Positions 34,262 to 43,283 of a DNA stretch of 64,000 nucleotides are shown here, piece after piece (positions within the stretch are counted from its first letter, which is position 1; each line of letters starts with the position of its first letter). Under the pieces are notes generated by a model that saw nothing but the letters and a program-made list of their open reading frames with translations, was not told the origin of the DNA and searched no databases. Made by a program: the position numbers and the translations under genes. Location: assembly GCA_965219665.1 (NCBI GenBank), contig CBDCOD010000024.1, positions 209,633 to 273,632 of the forward strand, written 5' to 3'. The DNA comes from Gammaproteobacteria bacterium (lineage in GTDB: Bacteria; Pseudomonadota; Gammaproteobacteria; CAKMZV01).

Positions 34262-35667
34262 TGATTGTTCCTGTCATTCTATGTGGCGGGTCGGGGACCC
34301 GGTTATGGCCACTATCGCGATCGCAATATCCTAAGCAGTTTCTTTCACTAACAGGATCGCTGTCTTTATTACAGCAGACGGTCCAGCGTTTACAGGTGCT
34401 TCAAATGGGCAAATTGATGTGCATCGCTAATGAATCCCATCGTTTTTTGCTTGCTGAGCAACTGCATGCAATGGATGTTCAGGCAGATATTTTTTTAGAG
34501 CCTGAGGGTCGCAATACAGCGCCTGCTATTGCGTTAGCAGCATTGCATGTGCTTGCACAGGATGCAGATGCACAGGTATTAGTGATGCCAGCAGATCATT
34601 ATATGGAAGACAGTCAGGAGTTTGCTACAGCAGTTCAACAGGCAAGCTTACTATCAGCAGATGATTATTTAGTGACCTTTGGCATTAAGCCCAATAGTGC
34701 CCATACAGGATACGGTTATATTCAGTGTGGAGAACCTTTAGGATCAGGCTTTCAAGTTCAGCAGTTTGTAGAAAAGCCCGACGCATTTAGGGCACAGACT
34801 TTTATTGAAGCAGACGATGATTACTATTGGAATGCAGGAATCTTTCTATTTAAGGCACGTGTTATCTTAGAGGCAATGCAAAAATTATGCCCTGATATTG
34901 TGCATGCTTGTCGAGCAGCCTATAAAAAAGCAAAACCTGATTTGAATTTTATGCGCTTAGATGAGGGAGCGTGGAGCGCATGTGCTGAGGATTCTATAGA
35001 CTACGCAGTTATGGAAAAAGCAGATAACGTGGCTGTAATACCTATGGATTGTGTGTGGAGTGATATAGGGTCTTTCTCTTCTCTATGGGAAATTTTACCC
35101 AAAGATGAGCATGGGAATGTGTTGCATGGTGAAATTATTAACATTGATTCAAGCGGTAATTTGGTGCACACGCATAAGCAGCAGGTTGTCGCGTTGGTGG
35201 GTATGCAAAACACGGTTGTAATTGAGTCTAAGGATGCGTTACTGGTTGCAGATAAGGCACATGCGCAGGCGGTTAAAAAAGTGGTAGACGAACTCAAGCA
35301 ACACAGTGATCAGCGTACAGATTTACATATGCGAGTGTATAGGCCTTGGGGTTGGTACGAAAGTCTTTCTATGGGCGATGGTTATCAGGTCAAGCGTATT
35401 CAAGTCAATGCAGGGGCTAAATTATCCTTGCAAAAACATCGCTATCGGTCTGAACATTGGGTTGTGATTCGCGGTTGTGCCACAGTAGTATGTGATGAAG
35501 ATACGCAGCAGTTATTGCCAGGCCAGTCTACCTATATTCCTTTGGGCGCAGTGCACCAGTTGGCGAATGATACGGAGGATATGGTGGAGGTGATTGAGAC
35601 GCAAATAGGTGATTATTTAGGTGAAGATGATATCATCCGCTTAGAGGACTATTACAACAGAGCGTGA
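34261..35667 (+). CDS. mannose-1-phosphate guanylyltransferase / mannose-6-phosphate isomerase (type II PMI-GMP; ManC/AlgA/XanB family)
   Basis: GTG start; N-terminus ILCGGSGTRLWPLSR and a C-terminal cupin PMI domain; 468 aa. Confidence 0.85.
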   Translation: MIVPVILCGGSGTRLWPLSRSQYPKQFLSLTGSLSLLQQTVQRLQVLQMGKLMCIANESHRFLLAEQLHAMDVQADIFLEPEGRNTAPAIALAALHVLAQDADAQVLVMPADHYMEDSQEFATAVQQASLLSADDYLVTFGIKPNSAHTGYGYIQCGEPLGSGFQVQQFVEKPDAFRAQTFIEADDDYYWNAGIFLFKARVILEAMQKLCPDIVHACRAAYKKAKPDLNFMRLDEGAWSACAEDSIDYAVMEKADNVAVIPMDCVWSDIGSFSSLWEILPKDEHGNVLHGEIINIDSSGNLVHTHKQQVVALVGMQNTVVIESKDALLVADKAHAQAVKKVVDELKQHSDQRTDLHMRVYRPWGWYESLSMGDGYQVKRIQVNAGAKLSLQKHRYRSEHWVVIRGCATVVCDEDTQQLLPGQSTYIPLGAVHQLANDTEDMVEVIETQIGDYLGEDDIIRLEDYYNRA

Positions 35668-35688
35668 TTTTATGTGCAAGAGGCAACT

Positions 35689-36822
35689 ATGGCAGAATTT
35701 GGTCTAAGCATTGTTATCCCCACTTTTCATGAGGTGCAAAATCTAAAAGCGTCTGTGGAGGCTGTGGCAGAAGCACTGCACGACACCTGTTCTTATGAAG
35801 TATTGTTTATGGATGACTGCTCTCAGGATGGTAGTGTAGAGTTAGTGGCAACTTTGTCTAAAGAGTATCCGGTTAGGCTTGTTGAACGTATGGAGCGGCA
35901 TGGGCTGTCGGAGGCAGTCATTGATGGCTTCAAAGAAGCGCGATACGACTATATTATTGTGATGGATGCTGACTTATCTCATCCTGCTGCTGCATTACCA
36001 CAGATGTTGCAAAAGCTGCATAATAATCAGGCAGATTTTGTAGTAGGATCACGTTATATACAAGGCGGATCGTTGGACGGTAGTTGGGGATTCCTGAGAC
36101 GGTTGAATTCAAAGGGTGCTACTTGGCTTGCTAAGCCCTTAGCTACTGTCTCTGATCCAATGTCAGGTTTTTTTGGTATTCGTAGAGAGTTATTGAAGCA
36201 CATATTGCCACTGCTGTCACCGATTGGTTACAAAATTGGCTTAGAGGTACTGGTAAAGTCAGGCATTACACGCATTTACGAACACCCTATCCATTTTCGG
36301 GATAGACAGTTTGGGCAGAGCAAAATGACCTTCACTGAGCAGTATCGCTATTTGCGTCATTTACGTCGCTTATACCAACACAAATTCACCGTTTGGGCAG
36401 AGGTTACGCAGTTTGCGACAGTTGGGCTATCGGGTTTTTTAATTGATTTGTCTGCTTACTTCTTATTGCAATTTTTGGGGTTATCGCATGGAATTGCCCG
36501 TGCTATATCTTTTTGGTTTGCTGTAAGTTGGAATTGGTTTTGGAATAGAACACTGACTTTTAGCAATCGCATGAAACGAGATAAGATGCGGCAATGGTCA
36601 GAGTTTGTAATCTCTAGTCTATTTGGATTTTCTGCCAATGTAGGTGCGTATTGGTTGTTGACATACTCGGTACCCTTCTTCTCGGAAAATCAATGGTTGG
36701 CATTAGTCACTGGCGTCTTGTTAGGAATGGGTTTTAATTACACATTTTCTAGCCTACTCGTGTTCCCAGCACTTAGACAGGCAGAGCCAGGTGGGAAGCC
36801 GCCCGCAGACTCTCATGATTAA
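35689..36822 (+). CDS. GT2 polyprenyl-phosphate sugar (mannose) synthase, Dpm1/ArnC-like, fused to C-terminal GtrA-like membrane domain
   Basis: LSIVIPTFHE ... MDDCSQDGS ... DAD GT-A motifs, then 4 TM helices with a GtrA-like pattern. It lies downstream of the GDP-mannose-forming enzyme. An alternative start is at 35674. Confidence 0.75.
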   Translation: MAEFGLSIVIPTFHEVQNLKASVEAVAEALHDTCSYEVLFMDDCSQDGSVELVATLSKEYPVRLVERMERHGLSEAVIDGFKEARYDYIIVMDADLSHPAAALPQMLQKLHNNQADFVVGSRYIQGGSLDGSWGFLRRLNSKGATWLAKPLATVSDPMSGFFGIRRELLKHILPLLSPIGYKIGLEVLVKSGITRIYEHPIHFRDRQFGQSKMTFTEQYRYLRHLRRLYQHKFTVWAEVTQFATVGLSGFLIDLSAYFLLQFLGLSHGIARAISFWFAVSWNWFWNRTLTFSNRMKRDKMRQWSEFVISSLFGFSANVGAYWLLTYSVPFFSENQWLALVTGVLLGMGFNYTFSSLLVFPALRQAEPGGKPPADSHD

Positions 36823-36824
36823 GT

Positions 36825-37220
36825 ATGGATAAAGTGGGTTTATTTAGGCATCTTGGGGCCATGCTGTATGACAGTTTTTTTGTTATTGCACTGTTGATGC
36901 TGGCAACTGTTCCATGGGTAGTTATATTTGGAGAGTCGTTGCAGAGTCATACCTGGTTGCAATTTTTCTTTAGGGTGTATTTACTAGTAATATGGTCAGC
37001 CTATTTTCTAGTATTTTGGTATTATAGAAGTGCTACATTGGGTATGGTTATTTGGAAAATTAAACTGAGTAGTTTGAAAAAGGAGCGTTTGACTATGAAG
37101 GCGTGCCTCTATCGTTGGTTGGTTGCGTGGGGCTGGTTGATTATGATTCCTGCATTGTACATACTGGCAAAAAAACCAACATGGCACGATAAAGCCAGCC
37201 AAACGCAGTTAGTACGTTAA
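36825..37220 (+). CDS. RDD family membrane protein
   Basis: 131 aa with 3 TM helices; conserved R-D-D type topology (RHLGAMLYDSFFVIALLML...). Confidence 0.65.
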   Translation: MDKVGLFRHLGAMLYDSFFVIALLMLATVPWVVIFGESLQSHTWLQFFFRVYLLVIWSAYFLVFWYYRSATLGMVIWKIKLSSLKKERLTMKACLYRWLVAWGWLIMIPALYILAKKPTWHDKASQTQLVR

Positions 37221-37229
37221 GTTAAGAAT

Positions 37230-38048
37230 ATGTATAAAGCAGTTATTCATAGCAACCGTATATTGCCTCAAGATATTGCCTTGCTGCAAAGCATAGGGTC
37301 ATTACAAACAGGCAATGGCTATAGCGTATTAGAAAGTGCAGAGCCCTTTGATTGTGATGTGCTTAGGGAGCAATACGACTGTAATCAACTATTACAGAGT
37401 CAGAAACCTATTAAATTAGTTATCAGTGATATGGATTCTACGCTGATTGCCATTGAGTGTATTGATGAAATTGCTGATTTTGTTGGGGTGAAAGAACAGG
37501 TTTCAGCAATTACTCAGCGCGCTATGGCAGGTGAGCTTGATTTTGAAGCATCATTACAGCAGCGGGTTGCATTATTAGAGGGATTGTCTATTGAGGCATT
37601 GCAGCAGGTTTATGAGCAGCGTTTACGCTTTAATGCTGGCGCAGAGCGTCTTTTAGTTGAATTGAACTGTCGTAATATTCCCTTTGCACTGGTTTCTGGC
37701 GGGTTTACTTTTTTTACAGATAGGGTTCAAAAGCGCTTAGGTTTTGAGTATGCACGTTCTAATGTGTTAGAAGTGGTGGGTGGTAAATTAACGGGTCGAA
37801 CTATTGGACCGATAATAGATGCAGCAGCTAAGAAGCGCTATTTGCTGGAGTTATGTGCACATTTGGGTATTGAACCAGCACAAACTATCGCAATAGGAGA
37901 TGGTGCGAATGACTTACCCATGTTACAAACAGCAGCTATTAGCGTTGCCTTTCGTGCCAAGCCTATCGTACGTCATCAAGCCAGCTGGCAGCTTAACCAT
38001 AGTGGCTTGGATAGTATTCTGTCTATATTAGAGCAGCAGAGTGTCTAG
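37230..38048 (+). CDS. serB: phosphoserine phosphatase
   Basis: HAD motifs DMDSTLI, ...SGGF..., and GDGANDLPM. Confidence 0.85.
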   Translation: MYKAVIHSNRILPQDIALLQSIGSLQTGNGYSVLESAEPFDCDVLREQYDCNQLLQSQKPIKLVISDMDSTLIAIECIDEIADFVGVKEQVSAITQRAMAGELDFEASLQQRVALLEGLSIEALQQVYEQRLRFNAGAERLLVELNCRNIPFALVSGGFTFFTDRVQKRLGFEYARSNVLEVVGGKLTGRTIGPIIDAAAKKRYLLELCAHLGIEPAQTIAIGDGANDLPMLQTAAISVAFRAKPIVRHQASWQLNHSGLDSILSILEQQSV

Positions 38049-38926
38049 CTTTTTGGATTGAGTAGCCATGTGTCCACGCGATGGATAAGTGCGGCACCAA
38101 GAATAATTAGCACACCCCCTATAAATAAATTGAGTGACACCATCTCGTTTAAGAGCATAACGCCCCAGATTACACCAAATAAAGGGATGACTAAGGTAAC
38201 AGATGCCACCTTGGCAGAGCCAATATGTTTCATAAGCCTAAAATAAAGCCAAAAGGCAGCTGCTGTGCATAATACGCCCAAAATAAGAGGTGCTTGCCAT
38301 GCCGTCCATTGCCATTTTGGTATATATATATGACTCCAGCCAATAATGAATAAAAACAGTGTCGCACAAAACATACTGACACAGGCAGACATTAGGGGTG
38401 GCACTGTGTGTAGGTATTTACGGCTTATAGTAATCGCAATTGCATAGCACACGCCTGAGGCCAGACACATCAATAGAGCCAAACTATTTTGCTGGCGCAT
38501 CGTAATATCAGATAGGCTATCGTAGAACAAAATAACAAGCCCAAGCACACTGATAAAAGCCCCAAACATTTGTAGGCGTGTGAACGGCTCTTTTAGCCAT
38601 ATAGTAGCCAATAAAGCAGTAAATATGAGAGTATTAGCATTTAAAATAGACACAAAACCTGACTGCAGCCATACCGTTGCTTGCGCTAATAGGGTGAATG
38701 GAATGGCAGAATTTAATATGCCTGCAAGTGCTAATATCATCCAGGTGTGCAGCGGTAAGCGTTTCCAGTGTCCCAATAATATAACAAAAGGGAGTAAGCA
38801 GCTTGCTCCTATAGCCACCCTCCAAAAAATGATATTGATGCTGCCTAAGTCTTGAGTTCCTATTTTCATGAATACGAAAGAGGCCCCCCATAGTGCTGAC
38901 AGTAATATAAATTGAGCAATAATCAT
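38045..38926 (-). CDS. EamA/DMT-family transporter
   Basis: 293 aa with 10 TM helices and two EamA repeats. Confidence 0.75.
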   Translation of the reverse strand: MIIAQFILLSALWGASFVFMKIGTQDLGSINIIFWRVAIGASCLLPFVILLGHWKRLPLHTWMILALAGILNSAIPFTLLAQATVWLQSGFVSILNANTLIFTALLATIWLKEPFTRLQMFGAFISVLGLVILFYDSLSDITMRQQNSLALLMCLASGVCYAIAITISRKYLHTVPPLMSACVSMFCATLFLFIIGWSHIYIPKWQWTAWQAPLILGVLCTAAAFWLYFRLMKHIGSAKVASVTLVIPLFGVIWGVMLLNEMVSLNLFIGGVLIILGAALIHRVDTWLLNPKS

Positions 38927-40038
38927 TCTATAGGTACGAATGTGTGTCGCAAGGTGTTACCAAAATATTCGATGCCTTGTCGTTGCCAATTTAGGCGTTG
39001 ATCAAAGCGTTGTATATGAGGTAGCACGAAAGCAGGATACCCTTTATTTCCTAATAGAATAGAGCTTTGATAAATAAATAGTTGATTGACTAAATTAGCT
39101 TTGATAAAGGCTCCGCCCAAAATAGATCCTGCTTCTACCAGTACAGATTGCACGCCTTTTTGCACCAATATCTGCATAACGGCTTGTAAATTTAAGCCCT
39201 CGTTAGCACTTTGGCATCGCTCCCATTGAATGTGCTGCCTATCCTCAGCATGGTTTTGTGTGAGGATGAGTAGAGGGCTATCACTTGAAAATAATGGAAT
39301 ATCCCCCATTGATTTTAAGCGATTATGGCTGTCTAGAATGACGCGCAGGCTATGGTGATGAGGGCGCAAGTCAAAATGCAGGCGCTGTTTTTGTATTGTA
39401 TTTAGGCGGATAGTTAGCTGTGCATTATCACGTAAGACGGTTTGTGAGCTGCTAAGTATGGCGTGATGCTCCAGGCGTTGCAAATGAGCATCTGCACGTG
39501 CCTCTGGGCTGCTAATCCACTGACTTGTGCCATCTGCTGCAGCAATGCGTCCGTCTAAACTTGTCGCTGCTTTGAGGGTTACCCAGGGTTTATTATGTTC
39601 ATGAAAATAAAAGTAGGCAGGATTGATTGAGCGCGCTTGTTGAGCAGCAGCATTACTTTCTACCTCTATACCTGATTTACGCAGTGCGGCAACACCTTTG
39701 CCAGCGACTATGGGATTGGGGTCTTCTATTGCTATAACGACTTTTTTAACTCGGGCAGCAATGAGAGCATCAGTGCATGGCGGGGTTTTGCCATGATGGG
39801 CACAAGGCTCTAAACTAACCCATGCGGTTGCGCCTTGCGTATCTATACCCCGTGCTTGCGCATCTTTGAGTGCGGCAACTTCAGCATGGTCTTCACCAGC
39901 AAACTGGTGCCAGCCTTCACCAATAATATGGTCTTTTTTGGTTAACGTGCAGCCAACACAAGGATTAGGCTTTGTACTATATTTTCCTTTTTGTGCTAAC
40001 TCTAAGCATCTGACAAGCGCAGGATGCAGAGAATTCAT
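38923..40038 (-). CDS. ribD: bifunctional diaminohydroxyphosphoribosylaminopyrimidine deaminase / 5-amino-6-(5-phosphoribosylamino)uracil reductase
   Basis: CMP/dCMP deaminase zinc motif HAEVAAL...LEPCAHHGKTPPC, then a reductase domain. ribD-nrdR-glyA synteny. Confidence 0.9.
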   Translation of the reverse strand: MNSLHPALVRCLELAQKGKYSTKPNPCVGCTLTKKDHIIGEGWHQFAGEDHAEVAALKDAQARGIDTQGATAWVSLEPCAHHGKTPPCTDALIAARVKKVVIAIEDPNPIVAGKGVAALRKSGIEVESNAAAQQARSINPAYFYFHEHNKPWVTLKAATSLDGRIAAADGTSQWISSPEARADAHLQRLEHHAILSSSQTVLRDNAQLTIRLNTIQKQRLHFDLRPHHHSLRVILDSHNRLKSMGDIPLFSSDSPLLILTQNHAEDRQHIQWERCQSANEGLNLQAVMQILVQKGVQSVLVEAGSILGGAFIKANLVNQLFIYQSSILLGNKGYPAFVLPHIQRFDQRLNWQRQGIEYFGNTLRHTFVPIE

Positions 40039-40493
40039 GTCCGCTTGCCGGAAGAAATATCATTCAGTTCACGCTCGAAGTCATCAGTGCTTTGAAACTG
40101 TTTATAAACAGAAGCAAATCGTACATAGGCAACTAAATCTATTTCGTGTAAGGCCTTCATAACCAATTCGCCCAGATATTGAGAGGAGACCTCTGGCTCG
40201 CCAGACTTGCTGATTTTTAAGGCGATTTTTTCAATAATGCCCTCAATGTGCTCAGCACTGATGGGACGTTTTTCTAAGGATTTTTCCAGACCAGCGTGTA
40301 ATTTATCACGATTAAAATGTTCTCGAGCATCGTTACGCTTGATAACGCGCGGAAATTTTAAGTCTATACGTTCGTAGGTTGTAAAACGGTGCCCGCAGAC
40401 GCACTCGCGACGCCTGCGAATCTGCAGACCATCATCCAAGGATCTGGAGTCTAGCACTCGCAATTCCCTTCCTCTGCAAATGGGGCACTGCAT
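40035..40493 (-). CDS. nrdR: transcriptional repressor NrdR
   Basis: MQCPICRGRELRVLDSR zinc ribbon plus an ATP-cone. Confidence 0.9.
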   Translation of the reverse strand: MQCPICRGRELRVLDSRSLDDGLQIRRRRECVCGHRFTTYERIDLKFPRVIKRNDAREHFNRDKLHAGLEKSLEKRPISAEHIEGIIEKIALKISKSGEPEVSSQYLGELVMKALHEIDLVAYVRFASVYKQFQSTDDFERELNDISSGKRT

Positions 40494-40502
40494 GAATAGA
40501 GA

Positions 40503-41756
40503 CTATTTTTTATATACTGGGTGCCTGGCGCATAGTTCGCTCACTTTGGATCTGGTAGCATTACGTACAGACTCATCGCCATTAGACTCAATGACGTTGC
40601 ACATCCACTGAACTATTTCTTTAGATTCTTCCAGCGTAATACCTCGAGTAGTGATAGCCGGTGTACCAATACGAATGCCACTGGTGATAAACGGAGACTG
40701 TGGATCATTCGGTACGGCATTCTTATTGACAGTAATGTGTGCATCTTCTAGCCAGCGATCTATATCTTTGCCTGTTAATCCTTGCTTGATAAAACTCACT
40801 AAGAACATATGGTTATCTGTTCCACCTGAAATGACATCATAGCCATTTTCTACGAAGGTGGCGGCCATTGCTTGCGCATTGTCAATAACACGTTGCTGGT
40901 ATGTCTTAAAATCTGGCTCCATAGCCTCCTTAAAGCAAACAGCTTTAGCCGCGATAGCATGCATCAAGGGACCACCTTGGGTTCCAGGGAATATGCGGGA
41001 GTTGATGCTTTTTTCTAAGTCATCATTATGCTTGCCCATAATCAGACCGCCACGCGGACCGCGCAAGGTTTTATGTGTGGTGGTAGTGGTGATATCCGCA
41101 ATATTGACAGGTGAAGGATAGAGTCCAGTTGCAACTAAACCTGCTACGTGTGCCATATCTACTAATAGGATAGCACCAACACTATCAGCAATTTCACGAT
41201 ATTTATGCCAGTCAATTGCACGAGAGTAGGAGGAGAAACCGCCAACAATCATTTTAGGGCGATGTTCCTGTGCTAGTTGATTAATTTCGTCATAGTTGAG
41301 TAGCCCATCTTCTGTAATGCCGTACTGCACTGCTTTGTAGAGTCGTCCTGAGAAACTGACTGAAGCCCCATGGGTTAGATGCCCACCATGCGCCAAACTC
41401 ATGCCAAGCACAACGTCACCAGGCTTAAGAACTGCTTGATATACTGCAGCATTTGCTGACGATCCGGAGTGCGCTTGCACATTGACAAAGTCTGCATTAA
41501 AAAGTTCTTTAGCGCGGTCGATGGCTAGTTGCTCTACAGTGTCAACGTGTTTACAGCCACCGTAATAGCGTTTTCCAGGGTATCCCTCTGCATATTTATT
41601 TGTTAGTGCAGAGCCTTGAGCTTCCATTACCTGAGGACTGGTGTAGTTCTCAGAGGCAATTAACTCAATATGCTCCTCTTGGCGTAGCGCTTCGGCTTCA
41701 ATAGCAGCAGCAATTTCTACATCAATATCGGACAATGGAATACGGTAATCAAACAT
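40503..41756 (-). CDS. glyA: serine hydroxymethyltransferase
   Basis: 417 aa with PLP site [14 protein letters not shown]. Confidence 0.95.
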   Translation of the reverse strand: MFDYRIPLSDIDVEIAAAIEAEALRQEEHIELIASENYTSPQVMEAQGSALTNKYAEGYPGKRYYGGCKHVDTVEQLAIDRAKELFNADFVNVQAHSGSSANAAVYQAVLKPGDVVLGMSLAHGGHLTHGASVSFSGRLYKAVQYGITEDGLLNYDEINQLAQEHRPKMIVGGFSSYSRAIDWHKYREIADSVGAILLVDMAHVAGLVATGLYPSPVNIADITTTTTHKTLRGPRGGLIMGKHNDDLEKSINSRIFPGTQGGPLMHAIAAKAVCFKEAMEPDFKTYQQRVIDNAQAMAATFVENGYDVISGGTDNHMFLVSFIKQGLTGKDIDRWLEDAHITVNKNAVPNDPQSPFITSGIRIGTPAITTRGITLEESKEIVQWMCNVIESNGDESVRNATRSKVSELCARHPVYKK

Positions 41757-42118
41757 AATACATCCTCATAATTATAAATAGGCACATTAAATAGGTTATT
41801 CTACTATAGCTTAGTCTATTGTCGTGTGATAAGTTGTTTTGCTAACGCTCCCTGCAACTTTATATTTACTGCTCTGCCTGTTCAAACAGAACAGCAGTCC
41901 AAAACGAAGGAGTGCTTGTATCTTGAAAGCCGGCACCAAGCAGGCGAGCGTTACCATTGCTGTCCGTAGTATGGTACAAATCTTAAAAAACAAATATTTT
42001 TAAGTACTTGAAATAACAAATCTTTTTAAAATCAAATGGCTTTTGGGTGGAGATTTGGTGGAAATTTTCGTGCAACCGTGCATTTGCACCACCTGTGTTT
42101 CACATATATGTGTAGTAT

Positions 42119-42495
42119 ATGAAAATTATAACAGGTATCACAACAATAGTGCTTTTTGTACTTCTTTCTTTTAATGGCGCGGCAAAATAGCCCCTGTGGG
42201 TTAATTCCGAAGACATTATAGACTTCTCATTATTTGCAGTTGATGCCAAAGGTCATAAAAATGAAATAGTCAACACCAGTGCTGCTGGTGTAGTACAGAT
42301 CATTGTTTACAATGATCTGAAAGGAACGCCTGCTCAAAACAAAAAGGCGTACCAAAAACGAGAGAAGTCTATAAAAAAATACTATCCTAATGCGATAGTT
42401 GTCTTTGGCGGCTTTACAGAAAGAAGTCCTTATGCACTTCTATTAGGTAAAAAATATGCAAATCCACAGCATCCATGGGACAGTTCTTCAGATTA
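42119..42495 (+). pseudogene. small secreted-protein ORF interrupted by in-frame TAG after the signal peptide
   Basis: ATG at 42119 encodes MKIITGITTIVLFVLLSFNGAAK. A TAG lies at 42188-42190. The same frame then continues open for 101 codons (PLWVNSEDIIDFSLF...NAIVVFGGF...) to a TAA at 42495. Confidence 0.3.
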
Positions 42496-42732
42496 AATCA
42501 ACAAAAAGTACCGTAAGGGTTACGGTTGCACAATCTACCAAACCACACAAAGGTAAGGGAGTAAAACAAACAGAAAAACAAAAATCTAAAGCCCTTATGC
42601 AGAAGATGTTGGTGCTCTTAATTCCTAAGTACAGCACCAAAAAAATGCAAGAAGAAAGTGGACCTCTTGTTGTTAATAAACCGTTTCTATTTAAGGTGCG
42701 TTAGCATACCTCTTCTCAAACAACGAAATGCA

Positions 42733-42879
42733 ATGAAAAAAGACACTTTCTATTTTCCACACGATTACAACGCTGCCTCTGATGAAAAGATAGAGAAACT
42801 GCTTTTCGAACTTGGTAATGAAGGCTATGGTATTTATTGGAGAATTATTGAAATGCTCTATCAAAATAACCGGAGTTAG
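42733..42879 (+). pseudogene. 5' fragment of phage replisome-organizer-like gene (DUF4373 / Lin1244-Lin1753 N-terminal domain), truncated after 48 codons at the array boundary
   Basis: MKKDTFYFPHDYNAASDEKIEKLLFELGNEGYGIYWRIIEMLYQNNRS* matches the characteristic DUF4373 N-terminus (K-D-x-[FY]-Y-F-x-H-D-x-N-A-x-x-D-x-K-I ... EGYG.YW...E). The frame ends 2 nt before the orphan tail cassette. Confidence 0.55.
42778..42871 (+). repeat. left copy of ~93-bp direct repeat (DUF4373 gene segment) flanking the array
   Basis: TCTGATGAAAAGATAGAG...ATGCTCTATCAAAATAAC is about 90% identical to 60698-60790 (about 9 mismatches). Confidence 0.7.
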
Positions 42880-42881
42880 TT

Positions 42882-43073
42882 GTGACAGTTACCGCTGCGG
42901 TAGCACAAGCTGCCAGCAGTGGTGGCGGTGGTGGCGGTGGCGACAGCAGCGGCGGCGGTGGCGGGGGTGGCTGTAGCTTACAGTCTGAATCAGGCGCAAT
43001 AGACTGGACGCTATGGTTGCTTGCTCTATTGAGTTTAGCTGCACTGCGTGGCTATCGCCGCAGGGTATCTTAG
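42882..43073 (+). other. orphan 3' cassette encoding only the C-terminal sorting-signal tail of the NHL/cadherin protein family
   Basis: 63 codons, MTVTAAVAQAASSGGGGGGGDSSGGGGGGGCSLQSESGAIDWTLWLLALLSLAALRGYRRRVS*. The last 40 residues are identical to the tails of array copies 1-3. It is followed by the same 210-bp spacer and has no upstream gene body. Confidence 0.5.
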
Positions 43074-43174
43074 ATGAAAGGGCAGAAATGCCGTTTTATG
43101 TGACACAATTGCCATTCATGCTCAAAAGCAGCCTGAATGGATGCAATGTTTGCTGCGACACGTTTTCCTAACTG

Positions 43175-43215
43175 TTCGCAGCGAATAGTATCGTATGGTT
43201 GTGTTACAATCCCCT
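43175..43215 (+). promoter_or_regulatory. putative sigma-70 extended -10 promoter (TGtTACAAT) repeated in each array spacer
   Basis: TGTTACAAT at 43202-43210, about 74 nt upstream of the copy-1 ATG. The same element is conserved at 48027-48035, 52814-52822 and 57636-57644 ahead of copies 2-4. The -35 element is weak. Confidence 0.3.
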
Positions 43216-43283
43216 TAATATATATATTTATAGAACAACGAATCCATTCATTTCATTCATATCAATAATCACACAGAACTATT

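Noticed and set aside
41757-42118. Hairpin CTGTTCaaacaGAACAG (41875-41891) upstream of glyA as a possible PurR/MetR operator
   Set aside because: It does not match the PurR box (ACGCAAACGTTTGCGT) or the MetR consensus. It is a single short palindrome without supporting context.
42456-42704. ORF 42456..42704 (82 aa, Lys-rich) and ORF 62759..63088 (109 aa, minus)
   Set aside because: Low-complexity, AT-rich translations with no motif. They overlap better-supported fragments, so they are probably spurious.
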